From assembly GCF_036507355.1 (NCBI RefSeq), contig NZ_AP027877.1: a stretch of DNA of 64,000 nucleotides; one strand, written 5' to 3'. This document shows positions 47,412 to 58,003 of the stretch, in pieces; position 1 is the stretch's first letter; every line of letters starts with the position of its first letter. Both the position numbers and the translations under genes were made by a program. This DNA is from Escherichia coli. Lineage in GTDB: Bacteria > Pseudomonadota > Gammaproteobacteria > Enterobacterales > Enterobacteriaceae. The notes under the pieces are model-generated. The model was not told the DNA's origin, made no database searches, and was given only the letters and a program-made list of their open reading frames with translations.

Positions 47412-48569
47412 GTGACTTATCTACGTATTAATCCTGTTCTGGCGCTGCTGCTGTTGCTGACGGCAATCGCAGCAGCGCTGCCGTTTATCAGCTACGCGCC
47501 TAATCGTTTAGTCTCGGGTGAAGGGCGACATCTCTGGCAGCTGTGGCCGCAAACGATTTGGATGCTGGTGGGCGTTGGTTGCGCCTGGCTGACAGCCTGT
47601 TTTATTCCCGCTAAAAAAGGCAGCATTTTTGCACTCATTCTGGCGCAATTCGTCTTCGTATTGCTGGTGTGGGGAGCAGGAAAGGCGGCGACCCAACTGG
47701 CGCAAAATGGCAGTGCGCTGGCGCGTACCAGCCTCGGCAGTGGTTTCTGGCTGGCCGCGGCGCTGGCATTGCTGGCCTGTAGTGATGCCATCCGCCGAAT
47801 CTCCACGCATCCGCTGTGGCGCTGGTTGTTGCATATGCAGATTGCCATTATACCGCTGTGGTTGCTGTACTCCGGCACGCTTAACGATCTCTCACTAATG
47901 AAAGAATACGCCAACCGTCAGGATGTGTTTGACGACGCACTGGCACAACATCTGACGTTGCTGTTTGGTGCGGTGCTGCCTGCGTTAGTGATTGGTGTGC
48001 CGTTGGGCATCTGGTGCTACTTTTCCACCGCGCGGCAGGGGGCGATTTTTTCTCTGCTCAATGTCATTCAGACCGTGCCTTCGGTGGCGCTCTTTGGCCT
48101 GCTGATTGCGCCGCTTGCCGGACTGGTTACGGCCTTTCCGTGGCTGGGGAAGTTCGGCATAGCAGGAACCGGAATGACACCCGCACTGATTGCGCTGGTG
48201 CTCTATGCCTTGCTGCCGCTGGTGCGCGGCGTGGTAGTAGGCTTGAACCAGATCCCGCGCGATGTGCTGGAGAGCGCCAGAGCGATGGGGATGAGCGGGG
48301 CGCAGCGATTCCTGCATGTTCAGTTACCGCTGGCGTTACCGGTATTTCTGCGCAGCCTGCGGGTGGTGATGGTGCAAACTGTAGGCATGGCGGTGATTGC
48401 GGCGTTAATCGGCGCAGGCGGTTTTGGTGCGCTGGTTTTCCAGGGGCTGCTAAGCAGCGCCATTGATTTAGTGTTGCTGGGGGTGATCCCGGTAATTGTT
48501 CTGGCGGTGCTGATCGATGCGCTGTTCGATTTACTTATCGCACTGCTGAAGGTGAAACGTAATGATTGA
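47412..48569 (+). CDS. yehY: ABC transporter permease
   Basis: 385-aa membrane ORF; GTG start; overlaps yehX. Confidence 0.9.
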   Translation: MTYLRINPVLALLLLLTAIAAALPFISYAPNRLVSGEGRHLWQLWPQTIWMLVGVGCAWLTACFIPAKKGSIFALILAQFVFVLLVWGAGKAATQLAQNGSALARTSLGSGFWLAAALALLACSDAIRRISTHPLWRWLLHMQIAIIPLWLLYSGTLNDLSLMKEYANRQDVFDDALAQHLTLLFGAVLPALVIGVPLGIWCYFSTARQGAIFSLLNVIQTVPSVALFGLLIAPLAGLVTAFPWLGKFGIAGTGMTPALIALVLYALLPLVRGVVVGLNQIPRDVLESARAMGMSGAQRFLHVQLPLALPVFLRSLRVVMVQTVGMAVIAALIGAGGFGALVFQGLLSSAIDLVLLGVIPVIVLAVLIDALFDLLIALLKVKRND

Positions 48570-49488
48570 ATTTAGCCATGTCAGCAAACTGTTCGGCGCA
48601 CAAAAAGCCGTTAACGATCTCAATCTCAATTTTCAGGAAGGGAGTTTTTCGGTGCTGATTGGCACATCTGGCTCCGGTAAATCCACCACCCTGAAAATGA
48701 TTAACCGCCTGGTGGAGCATGACAGCGGAGAGATCCGCTTTGCCGGAGAAGAAATTCGCTCGCTGCCAGTACTGGAGTTGCGCCGCCGGATGGGCTATGC
48801 CATTCAATCTATTGGCCTGTTCCCCCACTGGAGCGTGGCGCAAAATATCGCTACCGTGCCGCAATTACAAAAATGGTCGCGGGCGCGGATTGACGATCGT
48901 ATCGACGAATTAATGGCGCTACTGGGGCTGGAGGCGAATTTGCGTGAGCGTTATCCGCATCAGCTTTCCGGCGGTCAGCAGCAACGTGTGGGAGTGGCAC
49001 GCGCACTGGCTGCCGATCCGCAAGTCTTACTGATGGATGAACCCTTTGGCGCGCTGGACCCGGTAACGCGTGGCGCGTTGCAACAAGAGATGACGCGCAT
49101 TCACCGTTTGCTGGGGCGTACCATTGTGCTGGTCACTCATGATATTGATGAGGCGCTACGGCTGGCAGAACATCTGGTATTGATGGATCACGGTGAAGTG
49201 GTGCAGCAGGGGAATCCGCTGACGATGCTGACTCGTCCGGCGAATGATTTTGTCCGCCAGTTTTTTGGACGTAGTGAACTGGGTGTGCGCCTGCTTTCGT
49301 TACGTAGTGTGGCGGATTACGTGCGTCGCGAAGAACGGGCAGAAGGTGAGGCACTGGCAGAAGAGATGACGCTGCGCGATGCGCTCTCCCTGTTTGTCGC
49401 GCGGGGATGCGAGGTGCTGCCGGTGGTGAACACGCAGGGCCAGCCTAGCGGCACGCTGCATTTTCAGGATCTGCTGGTGGAGGCGTAA
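48562..49488 (+). CDS. yehX: ABC transporter ATP-binding protein with C-terminal CBS-like domain
   Basis: 308-aa ORF, Walker [13 protein letters not shown] signature LSGGQQQRV. Confidence 0.9.
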   Translation: MIEFSHVSKLFGAQKAVNDLNLNFQEGSFSVLIGTSGSGKSTTLKMINRLVEHDSGEIRFAGEEIRSLPVLELRRRMGYAIQSIGLFPHWSVAQNIATVPQLQKWSRARIDDRIDELMALLGLEANLRERYPHQLSGGQQQRVGVARALAADPQVLLMDEPFGALDPVTRGALQQEMTRIHRLLGRTIVLVTHDIDEALRLAEHLVLMDHGEVVQQGNPLTMLTRPANDFVRQFFGRSELGVRLLSLRSVADYVRREERAEGEALAEEMTLRDALSLFVARGCEVLPVVNTQGQPSGTLHFQDLLVEA

Positions 49489-49492
49489 GCGT

Positions 49493-50224
49493 ATGAAGAT
49501 GTTGCGCGATCCGCTGTTCTGGCTCATTGCTCTTTTTGTGGCGCTGATTTTCTGGCTACCTTACAGCCAGCCGCTTTTTGCTGCCTTGTTCCCACAACTG
49601 CCACGACCCGTTTATCAGCAAGAAAGTTTTGCCGCTCTGGCACTGGCTCATTTCTGGCTGGTGGGAATTTCGAGTTTGTTTGCGGTGATCATTGGTACTG
49701 GTGCCGGAATTGCAGTCACTCGCCCGTGGGGCGCGGAATTTCGCCCACTGGTGGAAACTATTGCTGCCGTTGGACAGACTTTTCCGCCCGTCGCGGTGCT
49801 GGCGATCGCCGTTCCGGTGATCGGGTTTGGTCTGCAACCAGCGATTATCGCCTTGATCCTTTACGGTGTGCTGCCCGTCCTGCAGGCGACACTTGCCGGG
49901 CTGGGAGCGATTGATGCCAGCGTGACAGAAGTTGCGAAAGGTATGGGAATGAGTCGAGGTCAGCGACTGCGTAAGGTCGAGCTACCGCTGGCGGCTCCGG
50001 TGATTCTGGCGGGCGTGCGAACTTCGGTGATTATCAACATTGGTACGGCGACGATCGCCTCAACGGTAGGGGCCAGCACGCTGGGTACGCCCATCATCAT
50101 CGGGCTTAGCGGATTTAATACCGCGTATGTGATCCAGGGGGCGTTACTGGTGGCACTGGCGGCGATCATCGCAGACCGCCTGTTTGAAAGGCTGGTGCAG
50201 GCGCTTAGCCAGCACGCAAAATAA
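49493..50224 (+). CDS. yehW: ABC transporter permease
   Basis: 243-aa membrane ORF. Confidence 0.9.
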
Positions 50225-50312
50225 AGGTATAACCTGCGAGCATGACGCCACCAATTCCGCCTAACGCCATAAACAGGAACAGGGCGATGACCCCAATTTT
50301 AGCTATGCGCAT
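50205..50312 (-). CDS. yohO: small membrane protein (35 aa)
   Basis: Read from sequence: [35 protein letters not shown]; below track cutoff; 3' end overlaps the yehW 3' end by ~20 nt (convergent). Confidence 0.75.
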
Positions 50313-50371
50313 AATGCACTCCTTATGTTAACGAAAGGATTGTACAGTAAAGCGCATTTGTTAACGAATCA

Positions 50372-51103
50372 TTAAATGTCGAGTGGGAAAATATCATGGC
50401 CTTGTTCTTGCCAACTGGTGAGTTGCTGCTGTTGGGCGGAGGTTCGATTTTCACCGCACCACACCAGCAATGTACGGCCTTCGAATAGTTCAGGGCGTAG
50501 TTGATTGAGCGAATGGGCGAGGACATCAATGCGCCATCCTTGTTGACTGGCAATCCAGCCCTCCAGCCACAGACGGATGGTATCCTGAATATTCCAGCCA
50601 ACCACCAGCGCATCTTTACCCTGTTTTTTACGTGCCGAAGCCAGACAAATGGCGATGTAGTTGATCAGTACGCCGTCGAGGATCGCCAGCAGCGCCTGGA
50701 GAGTCGGTTGTTGGCACTGAAGCCGTCGGCGCAGAGGAATAAACAGATGTGTGGTGAGCGTCTGGGCGGGGTAATCCTGACCGCGCTCTTTGATCCACGT
50801 TCGCAGGCTATGCAGATTGCCGCTTTGCAGGTAGGTCAGTAATGTTTCTTGCTGATCGCGCCAGCCGTTCTGCACATCAACATTTTCATTACTGAGCAGC
50901 ATTTTAACTTTGCTGACCTGCACGCCGTTGTCGATCCAGCGTTTGATCTCGCGGATACGGTCAATATCGGCATCGTTGAACAGCCGATGACCGCCGTCTG
51001 TCCGTTGCGATTTCAGCAATCCGTAACGCCTCTGCCACGCGCGTAACGTGACAGGGTTAATATCACAAAGCAACGCCACTTCACCAATTGTGTAAAGCGC
51101 CAT
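50372..51103 (-). CDS. mlrA: MerR-family transcriptional regulator (curli/csgD activator)
   Basis: 243-aa ORF with N-terminal MerR HTH (MALYTIGEVALLCDINPVTLRAWQRRYGLL). Confidence 0.9.
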   Translation of the reverse strand: MALYTIGEVALLCDINPVTLRAWQRRYGLLKSQRTDGGHRLFNDADIDRIREIKRWIDNGVQVSKVKMLLSNENVDVQNGWRDQQETLLTYLQSGNLHSLRTWIKERGQDYPAQTLTTHLFIPLRRRLQCQQPTLQALLAILDGVLINYIAICLASARKKQGKDALVVGWNIQDTIRLWLEGWIASQQGWRIDVLAHSLNQLRPELFEGRTLLVWCGENRTSAQQQQLTSWQEQGHDIFPLDI

Positions 51104-51324
51104 CGTCTCACCCTTGCTCGCGAGGTCCCAGTTTAACTTTAGACGCAGTTTTGCGAACCAGGTAGTTTTGCCCGTTTTTTGTGCATTTATAGGGTGATTT
51201 TATTTTTGCCAGGCGATTTTGAGTGATCGTACTCACGAATTCTCATTTTTCTGCAAGAGTTCAAAGAAAGTTAAACGCAGGCAATGTATGTTACGCGTTT
51301 TAAAGGGAAGTGTGGTTTGCGGGT

Positions 51325-53010
51325 ATGTACGATTTTAATCTGGTGTTGCTGCTGCTTCAGCAGATGTGCGTTTTTTTAGTCATTGCGTGGTTAATGAGTA
51401 AAACGCCATTATTCATACCGTTAATGCAGGTCACGGTTCGTCTGCCGCATAAATTTCTCTGCTACATCGTCTTTTCCATCTTCTGCATCATGGGCACCTG
51501 GTTTGGGTTGCACATTGACGATTCTATTGCCAATACCCGTGCGATAGGCGCGGTAATGGGCGGCTTACTCGGCGGTCCGGTCGTCGGTGGGCTGGTTGGC
51601 CTAACCGGCGGGTTACATCGATATTCGATGGGGGGCATGACCGCGCTAAGTTGCATGATCTCGACCATCGTTGAAGGATTGCTCGGCGGCCTGGTACACA
51701 GCATCCTGATCCGTCGCGGGCGCACTGATAAAGTCTTTAACCCCATTACCGCCGGTGCCGTCACGTTCGTCGCTGAAATGGTGCAAATGTTGATCATCCT
51801 GGCGATCGCCCGACCTTATGAAGATGCGGTGCGTCTGGTGAGTAATATTGCTGCGCCAATGATGGTCACCAATACCGTCGGCGCGGCGCTGTTTATGCGT
51901 ATATTGCTCGATAAACGCGCGATGTTTGAAAAATACACTTCAGCTTTTTCTGCCACTGCGCTGAAAGTGGCGGCCTCGACGGAAGGCATTTTGCGCCAGG
52001 GGTTTAACGAAGTGAACAGCATGAAAGTGGCACAGGTGCTGTATCAGGAGCTGGATATTGGTGCAGTCGCGATTACCGATCGAGAGAAATTGCTGGCCTT
52101 TACCGGAATTGGTGACGACCACCATTTACCCGGCAAACCGATTTCTTCGACTTACACCTTAAAAGCGATTGAAACCGGTGAAGTGGTCTACGCTGATGGC
52201 AACGAAGTACCTTATCGTTGCTCTTTGCATCCGCAATGCAAATTGGGGTCGACGCTGGTAATTCCGTTGCGTGGTGAAAATCAGCGGGTGATGGGCACCA
52301 TCAAATTGTATGAAGCCAAAAACCGTTTATTCAGTTCAATCAACCGCACGTTGGGTGAGGGGATTGCGCAATTGCTTTCGGCGCAGATCCTTGCCGGGCA
52401 ATATGAGCGGCAAAAAGCGATGCTCACCCAGTCAGAGATCAAACTGCTTCACGCCCAGGTGAATCCCCATTTTTTGTTTAATGCGCTTAACACCATTAAA
52501 GCGGTGATCCGCCGCGACAGCGAACAGGCCAGCCAGCTGGTGCAGTATCTTTCCACTTTTTTCCGCAAAAACTTAAAGCGGCCTTCGGAGTTTGTTACTC
52601 TCGCCGACGAAATTGAACATGTGAACGCTTATCTGCAAATTGAAAAGGCGCGCTTCCAGTCGCGGTTGCAGGTCAACATTGCTATTCCGCAAGAATTATC
52701 CCAGCAGCAATTGCCCGCGTTTACCCTGCAACCGATAGTGGAAAACGCCATTAAACATGGGACATCACAACTGCTGGATACAGGGCGAGTGGCAATCAGC
52801 GCCCGACGTGAGGGGCAACATTTAATGCTGGAGATCGAAGACAATGCCGGTTTGTATCAACCGGTAACCAATGCCAGTGGGCTGGGGATGAATCTGGTGG
52901 ATAAGCGTTTACGTGAACGGTTTGGCGATGACTATGGGATAAGCGTCGCCTGTGAGCCTGATAGTTACACCCGAATAACGTTACGACTACCATGGAGGGA
53001 CGAGGCATGA
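51325..53010 (+). CDS. btsS: LytS-type sensor histidine kinase (pyruvate-responsive)
   Basis: ORF 51310..53010 trimmed to [11 protein letters not shown]... (561 aa); 5TM-LytS N-terminus, GAF and His-kinase domains. Confidence 0.85.
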
Positions 53011-53726
53011 TTAAAGTCTTAATTGTCGATGATGAACCGTTAGCACGGGAGAACCTGCGCGTATTTTTGCAGGAGCAGAGCGATATTGAAATCGTTGGAG
53101 AGTGTTCAAACGCCGTGGAAGGGATCGGCGCGGTGCATAAACTGCGCCCGGATGTGCTGTTTCTCGATATCCAGATGCCGCGCATCAGTGGTCTGGAAAT
53201 GGTGGGGATGCTTGACCCGGAACATCGCCCGTATATCGTTTTTCTCACCGCGTTTGACGAATACGCTATTAAAGCCTTTGAAGAACATGCCTTTGATTAT
53301 CTGCTGAAGCCAATTGATGAAGCGCGACTGGAGAAAACGCTGGCGCGATTGCGTCAGGAGCGCAGCAAGCAGGATGTTTCGTTGTTACCGGAAAATCAAC
53401 AGGCGCTGAAATTTATCCCTTGTACGGGGCATAGTCGGATTTATTTGCTGCAAATGAAAGATGTGGCATTTGTCAGCAGTCGGATGAGCGGTGTCTACGT
53501 TACCAGCCACGAAGGGAAAGAGGGCTTTACCGAATTGACATTACGTACCCTGGAAAGTCGTACACCACTACTGCGCTGCCATCGTCAGTATCTGGTTAAC
53601 CTCGCGCATTTACAGGAGATTCGTCTGGAAGATAACGGCCAGGCCGAGTTGATTTTGCGTAATGGCTTAACCGTGCCGGTCAGCCGCCGTTATCTGAAAA
53701 GCTTAAAAGAGGCGATTGGCCTGTAA
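53007..53726 (+). CDS. btsR: LytTR-family response regulator
   Basis: ORF 52992..53726 trimmed to [16 protein letters not shown] (239 aa); ATGA overlap with btsS stop. Confidence 0.85.
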
Positions 53727-53772
53727 AAGACTGCTAAAATGGCTTTTTGCCTCATCAACACCTGAAGGCCTC

Positions 53773-54243
53773 ATGCTAAGTAACGATATTCTGCGCAGCG
53801 TGCGCTACATTTTGAAAGCCAATAATAATGACCTGGTGCGTATTCTGGCGCTGGGTAATGTCGAAGCCACCGCGGAACAGATCGCCGTCTGGCTACGTAA
53901 AGAAGACGAAGAGGGTTTTCAACGTTGTCCGGACATTGTTTTGTCGTCATTCCTCAATGGCCTGATTTATGAAAAACGCGGCAAGGATGAGTCTGCTCCG
54001 GCACTGGAGCCGGAACGTCGCATTAATAACAACATCGTGCTGAAAAAATTACGCATCGCGTTTTCGCTGAAAACCGATGACATTCTGGCAATCCTCACCG
54101 AACAGCAGTTCCGCGTTTCGATGCCGGAAATTACAGCGATGATGCGTGCACCGGATCATAAAAACTTCCGCGAATGCGGCGATCAATTTTTACGTTATTT
54201 TCTGCGTGGACTGGCAGCGCGCCAGCATGTGAAGAAAAGCTAA
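53773..54243 (+). CDS. yehS: DUF1456-family protein
   Basis: ORF 53716..54243 trimmed to MLSNDILRSVRYILK... (156 aa). Confidence 0.8.
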   Translation: MLSNDILRSVRYILKANNNDLVRILALGNVEATAEQIAVWLRKEDEEGFQRCPDIVLSSFLNGLIYEKRGKDESAPALEPERRINNNIVLKKLRIAFSLKTDDILAILTEQQFRVSMPEITAMMRAPDHKNFRECGDQFLRYFLRGLAARQHVKKS

Positions 54244-54251
54244 GACGGGTA

Positions 54252-54278
54252 TGGCGGCCATGCGAAACATGGCCGCCG
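54252..54278. terminator. bidirectional hairpin between the convergent yehS and yehR
   Basis: TGGCGGCCATG-cgaaa-CATGGCCGCCA 11-bp perfect stem. Confidence 0.5.
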
Positions 54279-54283
54279 ACAGA

Positions 54284-54745
54284 TTATTTCACTTCTTTAA
54301 AACCAGCGGCTTTCATCACCAGTTCCATTTGCGCCATAGTGATACCTTTTTTTGCATCTTCAGCAGAAACGTTGATTCCTGAAATACCCTGCAGGGCTTT
54401 AAAATCCACTTTTTCCATATCGATAGTCACGTTTTCCTGCGCGTAGGTATCGGTATAGGTTAATTTTTCTTCAACACCCGGGATGTTTTTGTATTTGGCG
54501 CTTAACGGCTCAAGTGTCTTGGCAGCATCTTCTTTGGTGGTTGCACCAATGGAGGCAAATTGAATTTTGGTTTCAGAAGATTGCTTAAGCACCTTGTCAC
54601 CTTTGTAGACATAGGTAATGGCAATTTCAGTGCCGTTCAGATTGGCGCTGAATTTCTTCGATTCTTCTTTGTCACCGCAGCCAGCAAGAGAGAAAACCAG
54701 AACAGATGCAACAACAAGGGAAAACAGCTTATTGAAAGCCTTCAT
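54284..54745 (-). CDS. yehR: lipoprotein (DUF1307)
   Basis: ORF trimmed to MKAFNKLFSLVVASVLVFSLAGC (lipobox LAGC), 153 aa. Confidence 0.8.
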   Translation of the reverse strand: MKAFNKLFSLVVASVLVFSLAGCGDKEESKKFSANLNGTEIAITYVYKGDKVLKQSSETKIQFASIGATTKEDAAKTLEPLSAKYKNIPGVEEKLTYTDTYAQENVTIDMEKVDFKALQGISGINVSAEDAKKGITMAQMELVMKAAGFKEVK

Positions 54746-54869
54746 GTAAAACTCCATTTTATTTAATCAAGGAACTGGTGACTCTCACCAGGGGCTATAT
54801 AGGATATGCCTAATACCGTGGCGTGAGCAGTCCGGAACTGGAGTAGAACTCTTAGTAAAAAGCACTATT

Positions 54870-56870
54870 TCATCCTTGTTGCTGAAGCATGGGGAATAAT
54901 TGTTCGCAAAGCAAAACACCGTTATTCATTGCTTCTACCCGTGCCCCGCTTTCTGTATTACGAAATTGTCCCAACACATGTGCCAGCCGATAAAAACCCA
55001 CCGCGGTGAGGTCATTCGCCAGCAATTCTGCCTGACTAATAGCGCTCTGTTCCTGATAGCGCCAGCCGTTATGGAGCAGCTGAATAAGTAACGCCTGGCA
55101 GCGTATCAGCAACTGATGAGCAGTAGACTGCACAGGCAAAACGCTGGCAGAAGGTAGCGGTGCCACAGGCGTAGTTTCTGCGTCCAGCGCCCAGGCACGA
55201 GTCTTTGTCATCATTACCTGTGGTTCCAGTGTCAATTGCCCATCAACAAAACTGACAAAGCCAGAAACCAGACACACGGGGTCGTCTGTTTGTTGCAAAA
55301 GCGCCGCCATGCGTTCAACGGCATAAGGCGCGCTGGCTGAGGCTGGCAGTGATAACGTCAGCAGATTATCTTCACCTTCGCCGCTGATTACCTGCGCATC
55401 CAGCGTCTGGCGGCTGCTATCCCAACCGAGCGAAATACACTCAGCGACCGGCAGAATAAATAAGTTATCGACCTGATTAAGAGGCCGTATGCAGGCGGGG
55501 GGACGCTGGCGTAAATATTCCCGCAAAGCCACAATGCCCGGCTGGCGTAACGGCGCGCTCAACATTCGCCAGGCATCAGGCGACAGCGGCACAACGCTGC
55601 TTAAGCGGTTGCGGGTAGCTAACAGCAGCTCGCCATCGGCACTGCGTTTTGCTGCTTGTGAAACAATTTGCCCACCCGCCAGTGCGCCAGCCTGAAAACT
55701 AAACAGCCGACGCGTAGCTGCCGGTGAGTTTTCCTGTTCACTTCGCGGCCAACTGCGCGAAAGGTGCAAAATACTGCCGGTGTCGGGATCGGTAAACCAG
55801 ATGCGTAAACCATAATGCTCAATATCCTGCCAGCAACGCATACCTAAAGACACCAGCCGCAGATGATCAAGCTTTGCTTCTCCGGCAATGCCAGAGCCAA
55901 CGACCGTGCGCCACGGCACAGGAGGAACTTCACCAACACTGTCGCGCCGGGCCATCTCTTGTGCGCAATTTAATCGACTGTTTAATGCCGCAAGCTGACG
56001 TAAGCATTCTCCGGCATGATAGTGGCTGGCGCGAGTGTGGAAGGCATCAACGCTTGCCCGTAGCTGTCGTAGTGATTCACTCACCCATCGCCAGTTGCAG
56101 CGTTCCGCTGCTTGCTGCGCGCGGCTGAAAGCGGCCTCGTAGTGAATAAGCGGCTGGCTGATGCCGCCAAACCATAATGCCTGGCTTAATTGCTGAACAT
56201 ATTGACGACACGTTTGGCCTTCTTCGCTGGCAAACGGGTCGTCAGATGATGTGACGTGTTCGCTGCGCATCTGCCAGATTAAATGAGTAAATTCCGCTTG
56301 CTGAGTTTTGGCCTCGACGAAGGCCTGCACAGCCAGTACGACATGTTCGCAAAGTGTGCCTTCAATACAATCACAACGGGCGAAACGAATGCTGCTACGG
56401 GAATAAAAACGCACATCGCTCATCGGTAAGCGGGCAGAGGGAATTTCGCCCGGCGTACAGAACAACTCAATGGTGATGCCTTTAGCGACCAGCGCCTGCG
56501 CGCGTTTGCGGGTGGCATCGGGCAGGGTAGCCAGTTCTTCCAGCCAGATTGCCGGATCCCACTCTTCTTCTTTTTCTGTGGGCTGGACGGTGGCACAAAG
56601 TCGTTGATAACTTAACACCAGCATCACGCGATGACGGCACATGCCGCTGGCCCCGCAGCTGCACTGAGCCTCTTTCAGTGCCTGGCCGTTCGCCAGCTGG
56701 GTACGGACACCGTCACTGAAGGTGGCGATTAAAGCGCCGTTCTCATGGCTGATCTCCGGGACGTTGCCATTTTCCAGTTCCTTAAGACTGCGCTTAACAA
56801 AACCGGCATTGCTTAACGCTGTCAGGGCCTGCGGTGTCAGTTCTAATAATTCCGGACGTAGTGAATTCAT
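54870..56870 (-). CDS. yehQ: SWIM zinc-finger domain protein, last gene of the yehLMPQ operon
   Basis: ORF 54870..56894; start placed at Met9 where ATG overlaps the yehP stop (ATGA); two CxC-Xn-CxH motifs (CSCGASGMCRH; CDCIEGTLCEH). Start uncertain. Confidence 0.75.
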   Translation of the reverse strand: MNSLRPELLELTPQALTALSNAGFVKRSLKELENGNVPEISHENGALIATFSDGVRTQLANGQALKEAQCSCGASGMCRHRVMLVLSYQRLCATVQPTEKEEEWDPAIWLEELATLPDATRKRAQALVAKGITIELFCTPGEIPSARLPMSDVRFYSRSSIRFARCDCIEGTLCEHVVLAVQAFVEAKTQQAEFTHLIWQMRSEHVTSSDDPFASEEGQTCRQYVQQLSQALWFGGISQPLIHYEAAFSRAQQAAERCNWRWVSESLRQLRASVDAFHTRASHYHAGECLRQLAALNSRLNCAQEMARRDSVGEVPPVPWRTVVGSGIAGEAKLDHLRLVSLGMRCWQDIEHYGLRIWFTDPDTGSILHLSRSWPRSEQENSPAATRRLFSFQAGALAGGQIVSQAAKRSADGELLLATRNRLSSVVPLSPDAWRMLSAPLRQPGIVALREYLRQRPPACIRPLNQVDNLFILPVAECISLGWDSSRQTLDAQVISGEGEDNLLTLSLPASASAPYAVERMAALLQQTDDPVCLVSGFVSFVDGQLTLEPQVMMTKTRAWALDAETTPVAPLPSASVLPVQSTAHQLLIRCQALLIQLLHNGWRYQEQSAISQAELLANDLTAVGFYRLAHVLGQFRNTESGARVEAMNNGVLLCEQLFPMLQQQG

Positions 56871-58003
56871 GACTGAAGATTCTCCGCAAGCCATGATGCC
56901 AGCTCGCCCGGTGTCATGGCGGCTATTTGTGCGCCGACATTTACCAGCGCCTGGGCCGTATCGTGGTCATAGCAAGGTGTTGCGGTGCTATCGAGCGCCG
57001 CCAGTCCCAGCACTTTGATGCCGCTCTGGACACACTTTTTCACCTGATGCGTCAGTAATGATGATGAACCCCCTTCGTAAAAATCGCTCACGAGGATAAT
57101 GACGCTTTTCGCTGGTTGTTCAATAAGTTGCCGACCATACTCCACGGCACTGGCGATATTGGTTCCGCCGCCTAATTGCACTTTCATTAATAACTCTACC
57201 GAATCGGCAACGTCTGCCGTGAGATCAACCACACTGGTGTCAAAAGCGACCAGATGGGTACGAATGCCGGGTAACTGCCATAAACAGGCCGCCATCACCG
57301 CAGAGTGGATCACCGAATCGACCATCGAGCCGCTTTGATCAACCAGTAAGACCAGTTGCCATTGTTCGCTTTGGCGTTTAATGCGGCTGTTAAAGCGGGG
57401 GGATTCGATATACAACTTGCCGTGTTGTGGGTGCCAGTGTTGCAGGTTGGCGCGCAGAGTACTTTTGAAATCAAAGTTTCGCGCCAGTGGAATAAATGAG
57501 CGGCGACGGCGATCGCGGACACCAGAAAAAGCCTGACGAACTTCCTTTGCCAGTCGAGCCATAATTTCTTCAACAACCTGGCGCACTATCCGGCGGGCGG
57601 CAGCCAGTACTTCGGGATTCATCAGATGTTTGGTGTGCAAAACGGCGCGTAGCAGGCTTTCAGACGGTTGCATACGTTCCAGCACGTCGAGATTCGTCAC
57701 CACATCTTCAATGCCATAGCGCAGTACGGCATCGCTTTCCAGCCGCTCAATCACCTGTTGCGGAAACAGCGTGTGAATACTGTTGATCCACTCAGGGGTG
57801 GTGAGATTTGAGCCACCTAATCCACCAGAGCGTTCACCACGCTGGAGCCGTTCAGGATCGCGCCCATACAGCCACTCCAGCGCGTGGTCTATCTGCCGGG
57901 CGTTGTCATCCAGCCCACAAAGCGTCGTTTCTGCCGCTTCGCCAAGAATTAATCGCCAGCGTTGTAGCTCACGGGTGGTCAGAAGATCGTTCAGTTCAGA
58001 CAT
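56867..58003 (-). CDS. yehP: von Willebrand factor A (VWA) domain protein
   Basis: ORF 56867..58231 trimmed to MSELNDLLTTRELQ... (378 aa); MIDAS motif DQSGSM in a hydrophobic beta-strand context (LVLLVDQSGSMVDS); start overlaps yehM 3' end by 8 nt. Confidence 0.8.
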   Translation of the reverse strand: MSELNDLLTTRELQRWRLILGEAAETTLCGLDDNARQIDHALEWLYGRDPERLQRGERSGGLGGSNLTTPEWINSIHTLFPQQVIERLESDAVLRYGIEDVVTNLDVLERMQPSESLLRAVLHTKHLMNPEVLAAARRIVRQVVEEIMARLAKEVRQAFSGVRDRRRRSFIPLARNFDFKSTLRANLQHWHPQHGKLYIESPRFNSRIKRQSEQWQLVLLVDQSGSMVDSVIHSAVMAACLWQLPGIRTHLVAFDTSVVDLTADVADSVELLMKVQLGGGTNIASAVEYGRQLIEQPAKSVIILVSDFYEGGSSSLLTHQVKKCVQSGIKVLGLAALDSTATPCYDHDTAQALVNVGAQIAAMTPGELASWLAENLQS

